Positions 24,244 through 33,173 of a stretch of 45,204 nt of DNA are shown piece by piece. Position numbers and translations under genes: made by a program. Each line of letters begins with the position of its first letter. Position 1 is the first letter of the stretch. A model generated the notes under the pieces. That model was not told where the DNA came from and did not search any database. It was given only the letters and a program-made list of their open reading frames with translations. The stretch lies in the NCBI GenBank assembly GCA_041484095.1, contig JBGPGW010000001.1, positions 1 through 45,204 of the forward strand, written 5' to 3'. Source of the DNA: Alphaproteobacteria bacterium. GTDB taxonomy: Bacteria; Pseudomonadota; Alphaproteobacteria; CADEGL01.

Positions 24244-25481
24244 GCGGGCCAGAGGTCGTCACGTTCGGCTGCCGCCTCAATGCATTCGAGTCCGAGGTCA
24301 TGCGCGACATCGCGGGCAATGCCGGCGATACGGTCATCATCAATACCTGCGCCGTCACGAGCGAAGCGGAACGCCAGGCGCGCCAGACCATCCGCCGGAT
24401 CCGGCGCGAACGCCCGGAGGCGCGGATCATCGTCACCGGCTGTGCCGCCCAGATCACGCCCGAGCGGTTTGCCGCGATGCCGGAAGTCGACCGCGTGCTC
24501 GGCAACCGCGAGAAGCTCGAGGCCGCGTCCTACGCCGACGACACCACCGACCGCGTCCTGGTCGGCGACATCGCGACCGCGCGCGAGACGGCGGGGCATC
24601 TCCTCAAGGGGTTCGGTGCGCGTGCGCGCGCCTTCGTTCAGGTGCAAAACGGCTGCGACCACCGCTGCACCTTCTGCATCATTCCCTACGGACGCGGCCC
24701 CAGCCGCAGCATCCCGATGGGCCAGATCGCGACGCAGGTGCGCACGCTCGTCGGCGCCGGCATCCAGGAGGTCGTGCTGACCGGGGTCGACCTCACGGCG
24801 TATGGCGCGGATCTGCCGGGCCGGCCGCGCCTCGGCCAGATGGTGCGGCGCCTCCTCGCCGCGGTGCCGAACCTGCCGCGGATGCGCCTGTCCTCGATCG
24901 ACGTCGCGGAGGTGGACGACGAGCTCTTCCGTCTGATCGTCGAGGAGCCGCGCCTGATGCCCCATCTCCATCTTTCCCTCCAATCGGGCGACGACATGGT
25001 CCTGAAGCGCATGAAGCGCCGGCACACACGGGCCGATGCCGTCGCATTCTCCGCGCGCGTTCGGCGAGAGCGGCCCGAGGTCGCCTTCGGCGCCGATCTC
25101 ATCGCGGGCTTCCCCACCGAGACCGATGCGATGTTTGAGCAAACGCTGGCGCTCGTCGAGGAAATCCCCCTGACCTATCTGCATGTGTTTCCGTTTTCCG
25201 CGCGACCGGAGACGCCCGCCGCGCGCATGCCGCAAGTCCCGCGCCCCGTCCGCCGTGAGCGCGCCGAACGTCTTCGCGCGGCCGGCGAGGCGGCGCTCGC
25301 GCGGCATCTCTCGACCCGGCTCGGCACGGAGGCCTCCGTTCTCGTCGAGACCGACCGGTTCGGACGCGACAGGGACTATGCGCCCGTCCGTCTCGATCGT
25401 TCGCTGATCCCGGGCCAGATCGTCGAGGCGCGTCTCCATCGCGTGCTGGACGGAGAGCTGCACGCCCGGCCTGCGGCGTGA
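24240..25481 (+). CDS. mtaB: tRNA (N6-threonylcarbamoyladenosine37-C2)-methylthiotransferase MtaB
   Basis: Start MSGPEVVTFGCRLNAFESEVM at ATG 24240, overlapping the dapF stop (ATGA). Radical-SAM CDHRCTFCIIP motif and a TRAM-like C-terminus. The track ORF start (24057) lies inside dapF. Confidence 0.9.
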   Translation: MSGPEVVTFGCRLNAFESEVMRDIAGNAGDTVIINTCAVTSEAERQARQTIRRIRRERPEARIIVTGCAAQITPERFAAMPEVDRVLGNREKLEAASYADDTTDRVLVGDIATARETAGHLLKGFGARARAFVQVQNGCDHRCTFCIIPYGRGPSRSIPMGQIATQVRTLVGAGIQEVVLTGVDLTAYGADLPGRPRLGQMVRRLLAAVPNLPRMRLSSIDVAEVDDELFRLIVEEPRLMPHLHLSLQSGDDMVLKRMKRRHTRADAVAFSARVRRERPEVAFGADLIAGFPTETDAMFEQTLALVEEIPLTYLHVFPFSARPETPAARMPQVPRPVRRERAERLRAAGEAALARHLSTRLGTEASVLVETDRFGRDRDYAPVRLDRSLIPGQIVEARLHRVLDGELHARPAA

Positions 25482-25494
25482 ATTCGGGACTCGC

Positions 25495-26430
25495 ATGACG
25501 TCGAAGCCTGCGCGCAGCTGGCTCGGCCGCCTCAAGGAGGGCCTGGCACGCTCCTCCTCCCGCATGTCTCAGGGGATCGCGGGCATCTTCACCGGCCGGA
25601 AACTCGATCAGGCCACCCTTCAGGCGCTCGAGGAACTTCTCATCGCCGGCGATCTCGGCCCAGAGACGGCCGCGAAGATCACGGCCGATCTCCGCCGGTC
25701 CCGGTTCGACACGGAGATCACCGAGCGCGAGGCGCGCGAGGCCTTGGCCGGTCTCATCGCGCAAATCCTCGGCCCCGTGGCCGTGCCTCTCGCGATCGAC
25801 GCATCCCGAAAGCCCCATGTCGTGCTGGTCGTCGGCGTCAACGGCACCGGCAAGACGACGACCATCGGCAAGCTCGCGCGGCAGCTTCGCGACGAAGGCC
25901 GCACGGTGATGCTTTGCGCGGGCGACACCTTCCGTGCCGCAGCCATCGATCAGCTGAAGATCTGGGGCGAACGGGCCGGCGCCGAAGTCGTGGCGCGCGA
26001 GCCGGGTGCGAATTCCGCGGGGCTCGTTTACGACGCGCTCGCCGCCGCGCAGGCCAAGGCGATCGATGTGCTGTTGATCGACACGGCCGGCCGCCTCCAC
26101 AACAAGGCGCACCTCATGGATGAGCTCGACAAGATCATCCGCGTGATCCGCAAGCTCGATGCGGGCGCCCCGCATTCGACCCTGCTCGTGCTCGACGCGA
26201 CGACCGGGCAGAACGCGCACGCGCAGGTCGAGATGTTCCGCGCCACCGCCCCGGTCACCGGCCTCATCGTCACCAAGCTCGACGGCACGGCGCGCGGCGG
26301 CGTCCTCGTGGCGCTCGCGGCCCGCTTCGGCATTCCCGTCAATGCGATCGGAATCGGCGAGGGAATCGAAGATCTGAGGCCGTTCACCGCGAACGACTTC
26401 GCGCGCGGGCTGCTCGATCTGGAGGCCTAG
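25495..26430 (+). CDS. ftsY: signal recognition particle receptor FtsY
   Basis: ...VVGVNGTGKTTTIGKLA...AGDTFRAAAIDQL...DTAGRLHNK...TKLDGTARGGV. 311 aa, short N-terminal domain. Confidence 0.95.
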   Translation: MTSKPARSWLGRLKEGLARSSSRMSQGIAGIFTGRKLDQATLQALEELLIAGDLGPETAAKITADLRRSRFDTEITEREAREALAGLIAQILGPVAVPLAIDASRKPHVVLVVGVNGTGKTTTIGKLARQLRDEGRTVMLCAGDTFRAAAIDQLKIWGERAGAEVVAREPGANSAGLVYDALAAAQAKAIDVLLIDTAGRLHNKAHLMDELDKIIRVIRKLDAGAPHSTLLVLDATTGQNAHAQVEMFRATAPVTGLIVTKLDGTARGGVLVALAARFGIPVNAIGIGEGIEDLRPFTANDFARGLLDLEA

Positions 26431-26546
26431 GCGACCGGCCGTCGACAGGCGAGCGCGCTGCTGCCACCATCCGCATGGTGGACCGGTCCAGCTCGGCGGA
26501 TCGCGCGTCCTGCGCTCGCCCCCGAGATTGCACCGCGACATCGACC

Positions 26547-27404
26547 ATGGCCTCGGAATCCTTCGTCATCGTCCTGCTGCTCCTCGCGGCGTTCATCCAT
26601 GCGAGCTGGAACGCGTTCGCAAAACTCGCAACGGACAAGCAGCACCTCTATCTCGTCTCGAATCTCACGACGGGGGCGATCGCCGCGGCCCTTGTCCCGT
26701 TCCTGCCCCTGCCCGCCCGCGAAAGCTGGCCGTTCATTCTCGTCTCCGGGCCGATACAGGCCGTCTACACCGTGCTGCTCTTTGCGGCCTATCGCGTCGG
26801 GGACCTCGGCCAGATCTATCCGATCCTGCGCGGCCTCTCCCCGCTCCTGGTCGCGCTCGGCGCCGCGGTCTTCGCCGACGAGCATCTGAGCGCCCAGCAA
26901 TACGCCGGCGTCGGCATCGTGTCCCTCGGCATCGCAAGCCTCGCCTTTGGCGCGTACCGGCCGGGGGGCCGGGCCGACTGGCGGCCGCTTCTTTACTGTT
27001 TTCTCGGCGCCCTGATGGTCGCGACCTACACCGTGATCGATGGCCTCGGCGTGCGCCGATCCGAAAGCCCCATCGCCTATGCGGCCTGGCTGTGGATCAG
27101 CTATGCGGTGGGCGCACTCCTGTGCTACCCGTTTCTCGGCCGCTGGCGGATGGGGCCGGCCAAAGGCCGGGCGACGGGACGCGCGGTCGCCATCGGCATC
27201 GGCATGCTCGCCTCCTACGGCGCAATCATTTATGCCTTGAATCTCGGAATGATGGCGTATGTGTCTGCCCTGCGTGAGACGAGCGTCATCATCGCCGCGA
27301 TCATCGGCAGCATTTTTCTCGGCGAACCGTTCGGGACGATGCGGATCGGGGCGGCGGCGCTGGTGGCGATCGGCCTGTTCGTGCTTAATGGCCCCGCTTT
27401 GTGA
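26547..27404 (+). CDS. EamA/DMT-family transporter
   Basis: Start MASESFVIVLLLLAAFIHASWNAFAKL at ATG 26547. About 10 hydrophobic segments in two EamA-like halves. 285 aa. Confidence 0.8.
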   Translation: MASESFVIVLLLLAAFIHASWNAFAKLATDKQHLYLVSNLTTGAIAAALVPFLPLPARESWPFILVSGPIQAVYTVLLFAAYRVGDLGQIYPILRGLSPLLVALGAAVFADEHLSAQQYAGVGIVSLGIASLAFGAYRPGGRADWRPLLYCFLGALMVATYTVIDGLGVRRSESPIAYAAWLWISYAVGALLCYPFLGRWRMGPAKGRATGRAVAIGIGMLASYGAIIYALNLGMMAYVSALRETSVIIAAIIGSIFLGEPFGTMRIGAAALVAIGLFVLNGPAL

Positions 27405-27413
27405 GAGTGAAGG

Positions 27414-28007
27414 ATGAAAAAACCGTCGCCTGCGCTGAAACTCGTGATCGATTTGGGGCCGCTCGTCGCCTTCTTTGCGGCGTATGCGTTGGGCGGCCTG
27501 ATGACGGCGACTGCCGTCTTGATGGTGGCGGCCGTCGCGGTTCTGGCACTCGGCTACGCGGCGGAGCGTCGCATTGCGCGGATGCCGCTCATCACGGCGG
27601 TCGTCGTCCTGATTCTCGGCGGCCTCACTCTCTGGCTCAATGACGAGACATTCATCAAGCGCAAGCCGACCGTGGTCTATCTGGCGTTTGCGGCCGTGCT
27701 TCTCGTCGGCCAGATGATGGGACGCTCGCTCCTCAAGTCGCTTCTCGAGATGGCGTTCAATCTGAACGAGGAGGGATGGCGGCGGCTTACGGTGCGTTGG
27801 GGGTTCTTCTTCATCGCCATGGCGGTCTTCAACGAAATCGTCTGGCGCAGTTTTTCAACCGACGTGTGGGTCAAGGTGAAGGTCTTCGGATTTCTCGGAC
27901 TCACGTTTCTTTTCGGCGCCCTGCAAATCCCCTTGATCCGGCGCACGACGCTGCCGGACGAATCGCCGGATGCGCCGAAGGACGATTCTCAGCGCTTGTC
28001 CGGATAG
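27414..28007 (+). CDS. yciB: intracellular septation protein A (YciB/IspZ)
   Basis: LKLVIDLGPLVAFFAAY...TFIKRKPTVVYLAFA...WGFFFIAMAVFNEIVWR matches the YciB pattern. 197 aa. The usual ftsY-neighbourhood gene in alphaproteobacteria. Confidence 0.85.
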   Translation: MKKPSPALKLVIDLGPLVAFFAAYALGGLMTATAVLMVAAVAVLALGYAAERRIARMPLITAVVVLILGGLTLWLNDETFIKRKPTVVYLAFAAVLLVGQMMGRSLLKSLLEMAFNLNEEGWRRLTVRWGFFFIAMAVFNEIVWRSFSTDVWVKVKVFGFLGLTFLFGALQIPLIRRTTLPDESPDAPKDDSQRLSG

Positions 28008-28540
28008 TTGGGCGATTCACCCGGCGGATTGCTCCGGGTGGGAAACGTCGCCTCGTTGCGAACGTCGTCGAAATGGGCAAGCGCCCATCGCACCGTCGGG
28101 AATGCGAGGTCGTGCCAGGGGATATCCGCCCAGCGGAAGAGAGCGGCTTCCGTCGTCTCCGGCCCTGGATCGAGATCGGGCGAGCGCATGCGCGCGCGAT
28201 AGATGATTTGGACCTGACTGATCCGCGCGATCGTGAAGACCGCCAGCAGCGCGTCGATGTCGACCTCCGCGCCGGCCTCCTCGCGAACCTCGCGCCGAGC
28301 GCCGTCGATGATCGTTTCATGAAGCTCGAGATAGCCGGCCGGAAAGACCCAGAACCCCTTGCGCGGATTGATCGCGCGCCGACAGAGCAGAATGCGATCA
28401 TCAAAACTGCAAACGGCGCCGACGACGATCTTGGGATTGTCGTATTGGATGAAGCCGCAATCGGGACAGACGAGGCGTTCCCGATTGTCGCCGTCCGGCA
28501 CCGTGCGAATCGACGGTCCTTTTTTTGCCTGCTCGCTCAC
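27989..28540 (-). CDS. NUDIX hydrolase with an N-terminal zinc-ribbon
   Basis: CPDCGFIQYDNP, then the Nudix box GFWVFPAGYLELHETIIDGARREVREEAG. 183 aa. Its 3' end overlaps yciB tail-to-tail by 19 nt. Confidence 0.85.
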   Translation of the reverse strand: MSEQAKKGPSIRTVPDGDNRERLVCPDCGFIQYDNPKIVVGAVCSFDDRILLCRRAINPRKGFWVFPAGYLELHETIIDGARREVREEAGAEVDIDALLAVFTIARISQVQIIYRARMRSPDLDPGPETTEAALFRWADIPWHDLAFPTVRWALAHFDDVRNEATFPTRSNPPGESPNYPDKR

Positions 28541-28584
28541 GCCGCGACTCTGAACCGACGAGGCGCGACCGGCAAGTGCGGCGA

Positions 28585-28830
28585 TCAGACGCTGATGTCG
28601 AGGATGGCGCCCCGCCGCATCGGACGATTGGCGCCCTGTTGCATGACGGAGCCCGGCTTGACCGCACCCGGAACGGCGTCACTTTGTTCCACCGTTTTCG
28701 CGCGCATGACCGAAAGGGCCTGAGTGACCGCGGGGCTACGGACCTTGGCTGGCGATAGGATGTCCAGCAGAGCCTTGCTCGGCGTGATCGACATTGCGTC
28801 CAGTGCGTGGTGGAGGGGAAGCCTCACCAT
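28585..28830 (-). CDS. small hypothetical protein (69-81 aa), no family recognised
   Basis: ORF only. MSITPSKALLDILSPAKVRSPAVTQALSVMRAKTVEQSDAVPGAVKPGSVMQQGANRPMRRGAILDISV from the ATG at 28794, or 12 codons longer from 28830. No strong Shine-Dalgarno. Confidence 0.35.
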   Translation of the reverse strand: MVRLPLHHALDAMSITPSKALLDILSPAKVRSPAVTQALSVMRAKTVEQSDAVPGAVKPGSVMQQGANRPMRRGAILDISV

Positions 28831-28972
28831 AACGGGCGGCCCCTAAAGAAACGGTTAAGCGCAGCCGGCCGCGCATGGAAAGACGTGGCACGGCGATGTG
28901 GTCGGGCGATATGGTTACGAGCCCCGGAGTCACTCGCATCGATCGATGCGTGAGCCATGAGGAGGAGCCGCC

Positions 28973-30382
28973 GTGACCCATGACCCGCACCGTCTATCCC
29001 TTGAGGAGCAATCCACGCTTCTCGCGAAGCGTGCACTCTCCTCTACGGAGCTCGTCGAGCACCATCTCGAGCGGTGCGAACGGCTGAATCCGAAACTCAA
29101 TGCCTTCATCACGCTCGATGCCGCGGGCGCACGCGCCGCGGCACGGAGCGCGGACAAGTAACTGGCCGCCGGCCGATGCCGCGGACGCCTCCATGGCATT
29201 CCCATCGCCCACAAGGATTTGTTCGACACCGGCGGCGTGCGAACGACCTATGGTTCGAAATTCTTCCGCGACCACACGCCGACACGCGATGCCGAGGTCG
29301 TCCGTCGGCTCAAGACGAACGGTGCCGTCTCGCTCGGCAAGCTCAATCTTCACGAGTTCGCGGCCGGCTCGACGTCGAACAACCCCTGGTACGGACCCGC
29401 GCGCAACCCCTGGGACACGGCGCGTTCGGCCGGCGGATCGAGCGGCGGATCGGGATCGGCTGTAGCAGCACGTCTCTGTGCCGGGACGACGGGGACAGAC
29501 ACCGGCGGTTCGATCCGCAACCCGGCCGCGTGCAACGGGGTCGTCGGGCTAAAGCCGACGAACGGCCGCGTCAGCCTCGCCGGGTGCTACCCGCTATGTG
29601 CGAGTCTCGACACGGCCGGGCCGCTCGCCCGGACCGTGCGCGACGCCGCGATTCTTCTTCAGGCCATGGCCGGATTCGACCCCGGGGATCCGACATCCGT
29701 GAACGCGTCCGTTCCCGACTATCTCGCCTCGGTCGAGGACGGTGTCGGAGGTTTGCGTTTGGCCTTCTGTCCTGATCTCTATTTTTCGGAGATCGATTCC
29801 GCCGTGCTTGCCGCGCTCGAATCGGCGGGGCGGGTTCTGGAGACGCTCGGGGCGCGGCTCTCGACCGTGCGCTTCCCGGACGCCTCGACGATGACCGAGA
29901 CATGCCTCGCGCTCTTCCGGGGCGAGACCGGGGCGCTCCACCGCGCGCGCTTCCAGGCGGCACCCGGCGACTTCGGACCCGACGTCGCGCAATTGCTCCG
30001 CGAGCGATGCAATTTGCCGTGCGACGAATACGTCAGGGCGGTCGAGAATCGTCTCCTGCTGCGCCGCCGATTCGAGTCCATGATGGCCGACGCCGACGCC
30101 CTGCTTCTGCCGACGGCGCCCTGCCCGGCCCCGCTCATCGACGGCCGATGCCAGGTGAACGGCAAGGATGCCGATTTTGGCGCGATCGGGTTGCCCATGC
30201 GCATGCCCGTCAATGTCTTCGGCATACCGTCACTGGCTCTGCCGATGGGCTATCTCGGCACCTTGCCGATTTCGATGCAGGTGATCGGCCCGGCCTGGAG
30301 CGAAGCGCTCATCCTTCGCATCGGCCGCGCCTTCGAGCGCGCGACACCGGAGCTTCGCGACCGGGCGCCTGCTCTCGCCTGA
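28973..30382 (+). pseudogene. amidase-signature (GatA-like) amidase interrupted by one in-frame TAA (29159-29161)
   Basis: GTG 28973 is preceded by GGAGGAG. ORFs 28973..29161 and 29219..30382 are in the same frame, and the 19 codons between them read LAAGRCRGRLHGIPIAHKD, the conserved region holding the catalytic Lys. Downstream: GGSSGGSGSAVAA and TDTGGSIRNPAA amidase signature. Confidence 0.8.
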
Positions 30383-30511
30383 GGTTCGATCCCGCAAGCC
30401 TTGGTGGAGGACCGCGGCCCAGAACCCCCGTTCGTGAAATGTTCATATCGGCCGTCGTAGTTCTCGTCCTGGTGCTGTTTCCGGGCGGCCGTGTCCGAGC
30501 TTCCCCCCGCG

Positions 30512-30560
30512 ATTAATCAATTGCTAACTTGAACGCTTAAACAATTGCTAACTTGAACGC
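30512..30560. promoter_or_regulatory. tandem 19-mers CAATTGCTAACTTGAACGC x2, each completing a TTAA-N7-CTAAC (CtrA-box-like) site
   Basis: Copies at 30518-30536 and 30542-30560, period 24 nt. TTAA 30512-30515 pairs with CTAAC 30523-30527, and TTAA 30537-30540 with CTAAC 30548-30552. They end 27 nt upstream of the DUF2336 start codon. Confidence 0.4.
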
Positions 30561-30586
30561 CCAACAATGGGCTCCGCTTGTAATCC

Positions 30587-31795
30587 ATGCGCGAGTTGTC
30601 CGGGGGCTACGTGACGTTCTCTCAAAGCACAAGCGTTGCTGAACAACGACCGACCGGGCCCAGGAGCCTTGAGCGGTTGCTCGAGCTCGCACGCGACAAA
30701 TCGGCAGCCGGCCGATCGGCCCTCGTGTCCGTACTCGGCGACATGTTCGTCGACGATGGAGCATTTGCGGCCGGGCACGAACGCTCCCTGATCGACGACA
30801 TTCTGCGCCGCCTCGTGAGCGAGGTCGAAGCCACCGTCCGGTGCGCATTGGCCGAGCGCATGGCCGAGCGAAGCGATGCACCGCGCGAGCTCGTGCTCAT
30901 GCTGGCGAACGACGACGCCGATGTGGCTTACCCCCTTCTCGCACGATCCGGCATCCTTGAAGACGGCGATCTCATTTCGATCGTCCGCCAGCGAACGATC
31001 CGGCATCGGTCGGCGATCGCCACGCGCGAGTCGGTGTCCGAATCCCTGTCGGCCGCCTTGACGGAATTCGGCGAGGAGTCGGTCATCACGGCTCTTCTCG
31101 ACAACAAGAGCGCTCGGATATCGCCTCAGACCTTCGAGTCGATCGCTCGCATGTCGCGGACGATCGAAGCGCTGCAGGAGCCCCTGCTCGATCGGCAGGA
31201 CCTACCCGCCGCGCTCGTCCGAAAAATGTACTGGTGGGTGTCGGCGGCGCTTCGCCAGCATATTCTCGATCATTTCGACATCGATCCGGACTCACTCGAC
31301 GAGGCCGTCGAGGATGCGGTCGGATCTCTCATACCCAATTCCAGCCGTGCCGATCCGGGAGCGCCCGTGCATTTGAAGCAAGCGGCCGAGCGCCTTGTCC
31401 GTACCAAGGGGGTGACGCCCAGCCTTCTGGCCGAGCTGCTTCGAACGAAACAGACGGCCTTGTTCGAAATGCTCCTTGCCCGCCAATCCGGTCTCCGTCT
31501 GACTTTCCTTCGGCGCCTTCTTTACCAGCCGGGCGGCCAGGCGCTCGCGATCACGCTGCGTGCCATCGGAATCGAGAAGCCTGATTTCGCGTCCATTTTT
31601 CTCTGGAGCCGTCAGGTCCGGCGCGGCGACAAGAGCGTCGATCCGCATGAGCTGCAACGCGCTCTCACGCTGTTCGACCGTATCCAGCCGAAGACCGCCA
31701 ACAGCATTCTCCGGCGCTGGCAACAGGATCCGGATTTCCTCAAGGCCATCCGGATGCTCGACAACGAACCGCTCGCCTCGACGACGTCACACTAG
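30587..31795 (+). CDS. DUF2336 domain-containing protein
   Basis: 402 aa, helical-repeat-like. ...LANDDADVAYPLLARSGILEDGDLISIVRQ...ALLDNKSARISPQTFESIARMS... resembles the alphaproteobacterial DUF2336 family as I recall it. Function unknown. Confidence 0.75.
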   Translation: MRELSGGYVTFSQSTSVAEQRPTGPRSLERLLELARDKSAAGRSALVSVLGDMFVDDGAFAAGHERSLIDDILRRLVSEVEATVRCALAERMAERSDAPRELVLMLANDDADVAYPLLARSGILEDGDLISIVRQRTIRHRSAIATRESVSESLSAALTEFGEESVITALLDNKSARISPQTFESIARMSRTIEALQEPLLDRQDLPAALVRKMYWWVSAALRQHILDHFDIDPDSLDEAVEDAVGSLIPNSSRADPGAPVHLKQAAERLVRTKGVTPSLLAELLRTKQTALFEMLLARQSGLRLTFLRRLLYQPGGQALAITLRAIGIEKPDFASIFLWSRQVRRGDKSVDPHELQRALTLFDRIQPKTANSILRRWQQDPDFLKAIRMLDNEPLASTTSH

Positions 31796-31825
31796 GTCGC
31801 GGGCGCGGCACGTCCCGCAGGCGCT

Positions 31826-33025
31826 CTAAGAACCGATCGCGAGGGCCTCGACACCCGGCAGGCTCTTGCCTTCGAGCCATTCGAGAAACGCTCCACCCGC
31901 CGTCGAGACGTAGCTGAATCGGTCGATGACACCCGCATGGGCGAGTGCCGCGACCGTATCGCCACCGCCCGCGACAGAGACGAGAGAGCCCATAGCCGTC
32001 CGCTCCGCCACATGCCGCGCCACCTGATTCGTCGCGGCATCGAAGGGGGCCGTCTCGAACGCGCCGAGTGGGCCGTTCCAGACGAGCGTTCGGCACCGGT
32101 CGATCTCCGTGCAAAGACGCGCCGCCGTCGAGGGGCCCAGATCGAGAATCATCGCATCCCGCGGCACGTCACCGACCGGCGCGATGCGTGTGGATACACC
32201 AGGCTTGAGCGCACCCGCCACGACGACATCGTCCGGAAGCATCAGCAGACACCCGGCACGCTTGGCCGCCGCCTCGATCGCGCGCGCGGTGTCCGCCATG
32301 TCCCTCTCGCAGAGCGAGCGGCCGACATCGATTCCCTGAGCGTGAAGAAAGGTGTTGGCCATTCCGCCGCCGATTGCGAGCACGTCCACCTTCGCGATCA
32401 GATTGCTCAACACGTCGAGCTTCGTCGAGACCTTGGCACCGCCGACGATCGCGGCGAGGGGATGTTTCGGCGATTCCAGCGCACGGCCCAGATGTTCGAG
32501 CTCCTCCTGCATGAGCCGTCCCGCCGCCGCCGGAAGCAACCGCGCCAAGGCCTCCGTCGAGGCATGCGCCCGATGCGCCGCCGAGAAGGCATCGTTCACA
32601 TACATCTCGCCCAGCCGCGCGAGTTCCCTGGCAAAATCCGGGTCGTTCGCTTCTTCGCCCTTATGGAATCGCAAGTTCTCGAGCACGGCGATCTCGCCGT
32701 CCCTGAGTGACGACACCACGTGCTCGGCGGCCGGCCCGATGCAATCTTCGGCGAAGCGCACGGAACGGCCTGCGAACACCTCTCCGAGCGCCTCGACGAC
32801 GACGCGCAGCGACAGGCTGGAATCCCGTCCCTTGGGGCGTCCGAAATGCGAGAGCACGATCACGCGCGCACCGCGGTCCGAAAGTTCGCGAATCGTCGGG
32901 GCGAGGCGCGTCAGCCGCGTCATGTCCGTCACGACGCCGTCCGAGACCGGCACATTGAGGTCCGCGCGCACGAGAACGCGGCGTCCCCGGACGTCAAGGT
33001 CATCGATCGATCGAAAAGCTGGCAT
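31826..33025 (-). CDS. pgk: phosphoglycerate kinase
   Basis: Start MPAFRSIDDLDVRGRRVLVRADLNVPV...SHFGRPKG...GGAKVSTKL...WNGPLGAFE...GGGDTVAAL. 399 aa. Confidence 0.97.
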   Translation of the reverse strand: MPAFRSIDDLDVRGRRVLVRADLNVPVSDGVVTDMTRLTRLAPTIRELSDRGARVIVLSHFGRPKGRDSSLSLRVVVEALGEVFAGRSVRFAEDCIGPAAEHVVSSLRDGEIAVLENLRFHKGEEANDPDFARELARLGEMYVNDAFSAAHRAHASTEALARLLPAAAGRLMQEELEHLGRALESPKHPLAAIVGGAKVSTKLDVLSNLIAKVDVLAIGGGMANTFLHAQGIDVGRSLCERDMADTARAIEAAAKRAGCLLMLPDDVVVAGALKPGVSTRIAPVGDVPRDAMILDLGPSTAARLCTEIDRCRTLVWNGPLGAFETAPFDAATNQVARHVAERTAMGSLVSVAGGGDTVAALAHAGVIDRFSYVSTAGGAFLEWLEGKSLPGVEALAIGS

Positions 33026-33173
33026 GACGGTCCGCGACTGGCTGGGCTCATTTGTGTCGGTGCGCGACCCAAGCACAGGCGCCGCTGTTTTTCAATTGCC
33101 GTGCGATCGACCGACAAGGATTGCGGCCCACGCCGAAAGCCCTTTTAATGGCACGCCGAGGACGGGGGAGTGT

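Noticed and set aside
27989-28007. A 19-nt tail-to-tail overlap of yciB and the NUDIX gene.
   Set aside because: Convergent 3' overlaps of this size are common in compact high-G+C genomes. There is no evidence for regulatory significance.
32352-33173. An 822-nt 5' extension of the FprA-like ORF, giving a 710-aa fusion.
   Set aside because: The extension is antisense to pgk and Ser/Arg/Ala-rich with no domain. A GTG at 33174 with a GGGGGAG Shine-Dalgarno sits just before the GSGPAG FAD-binding motif.
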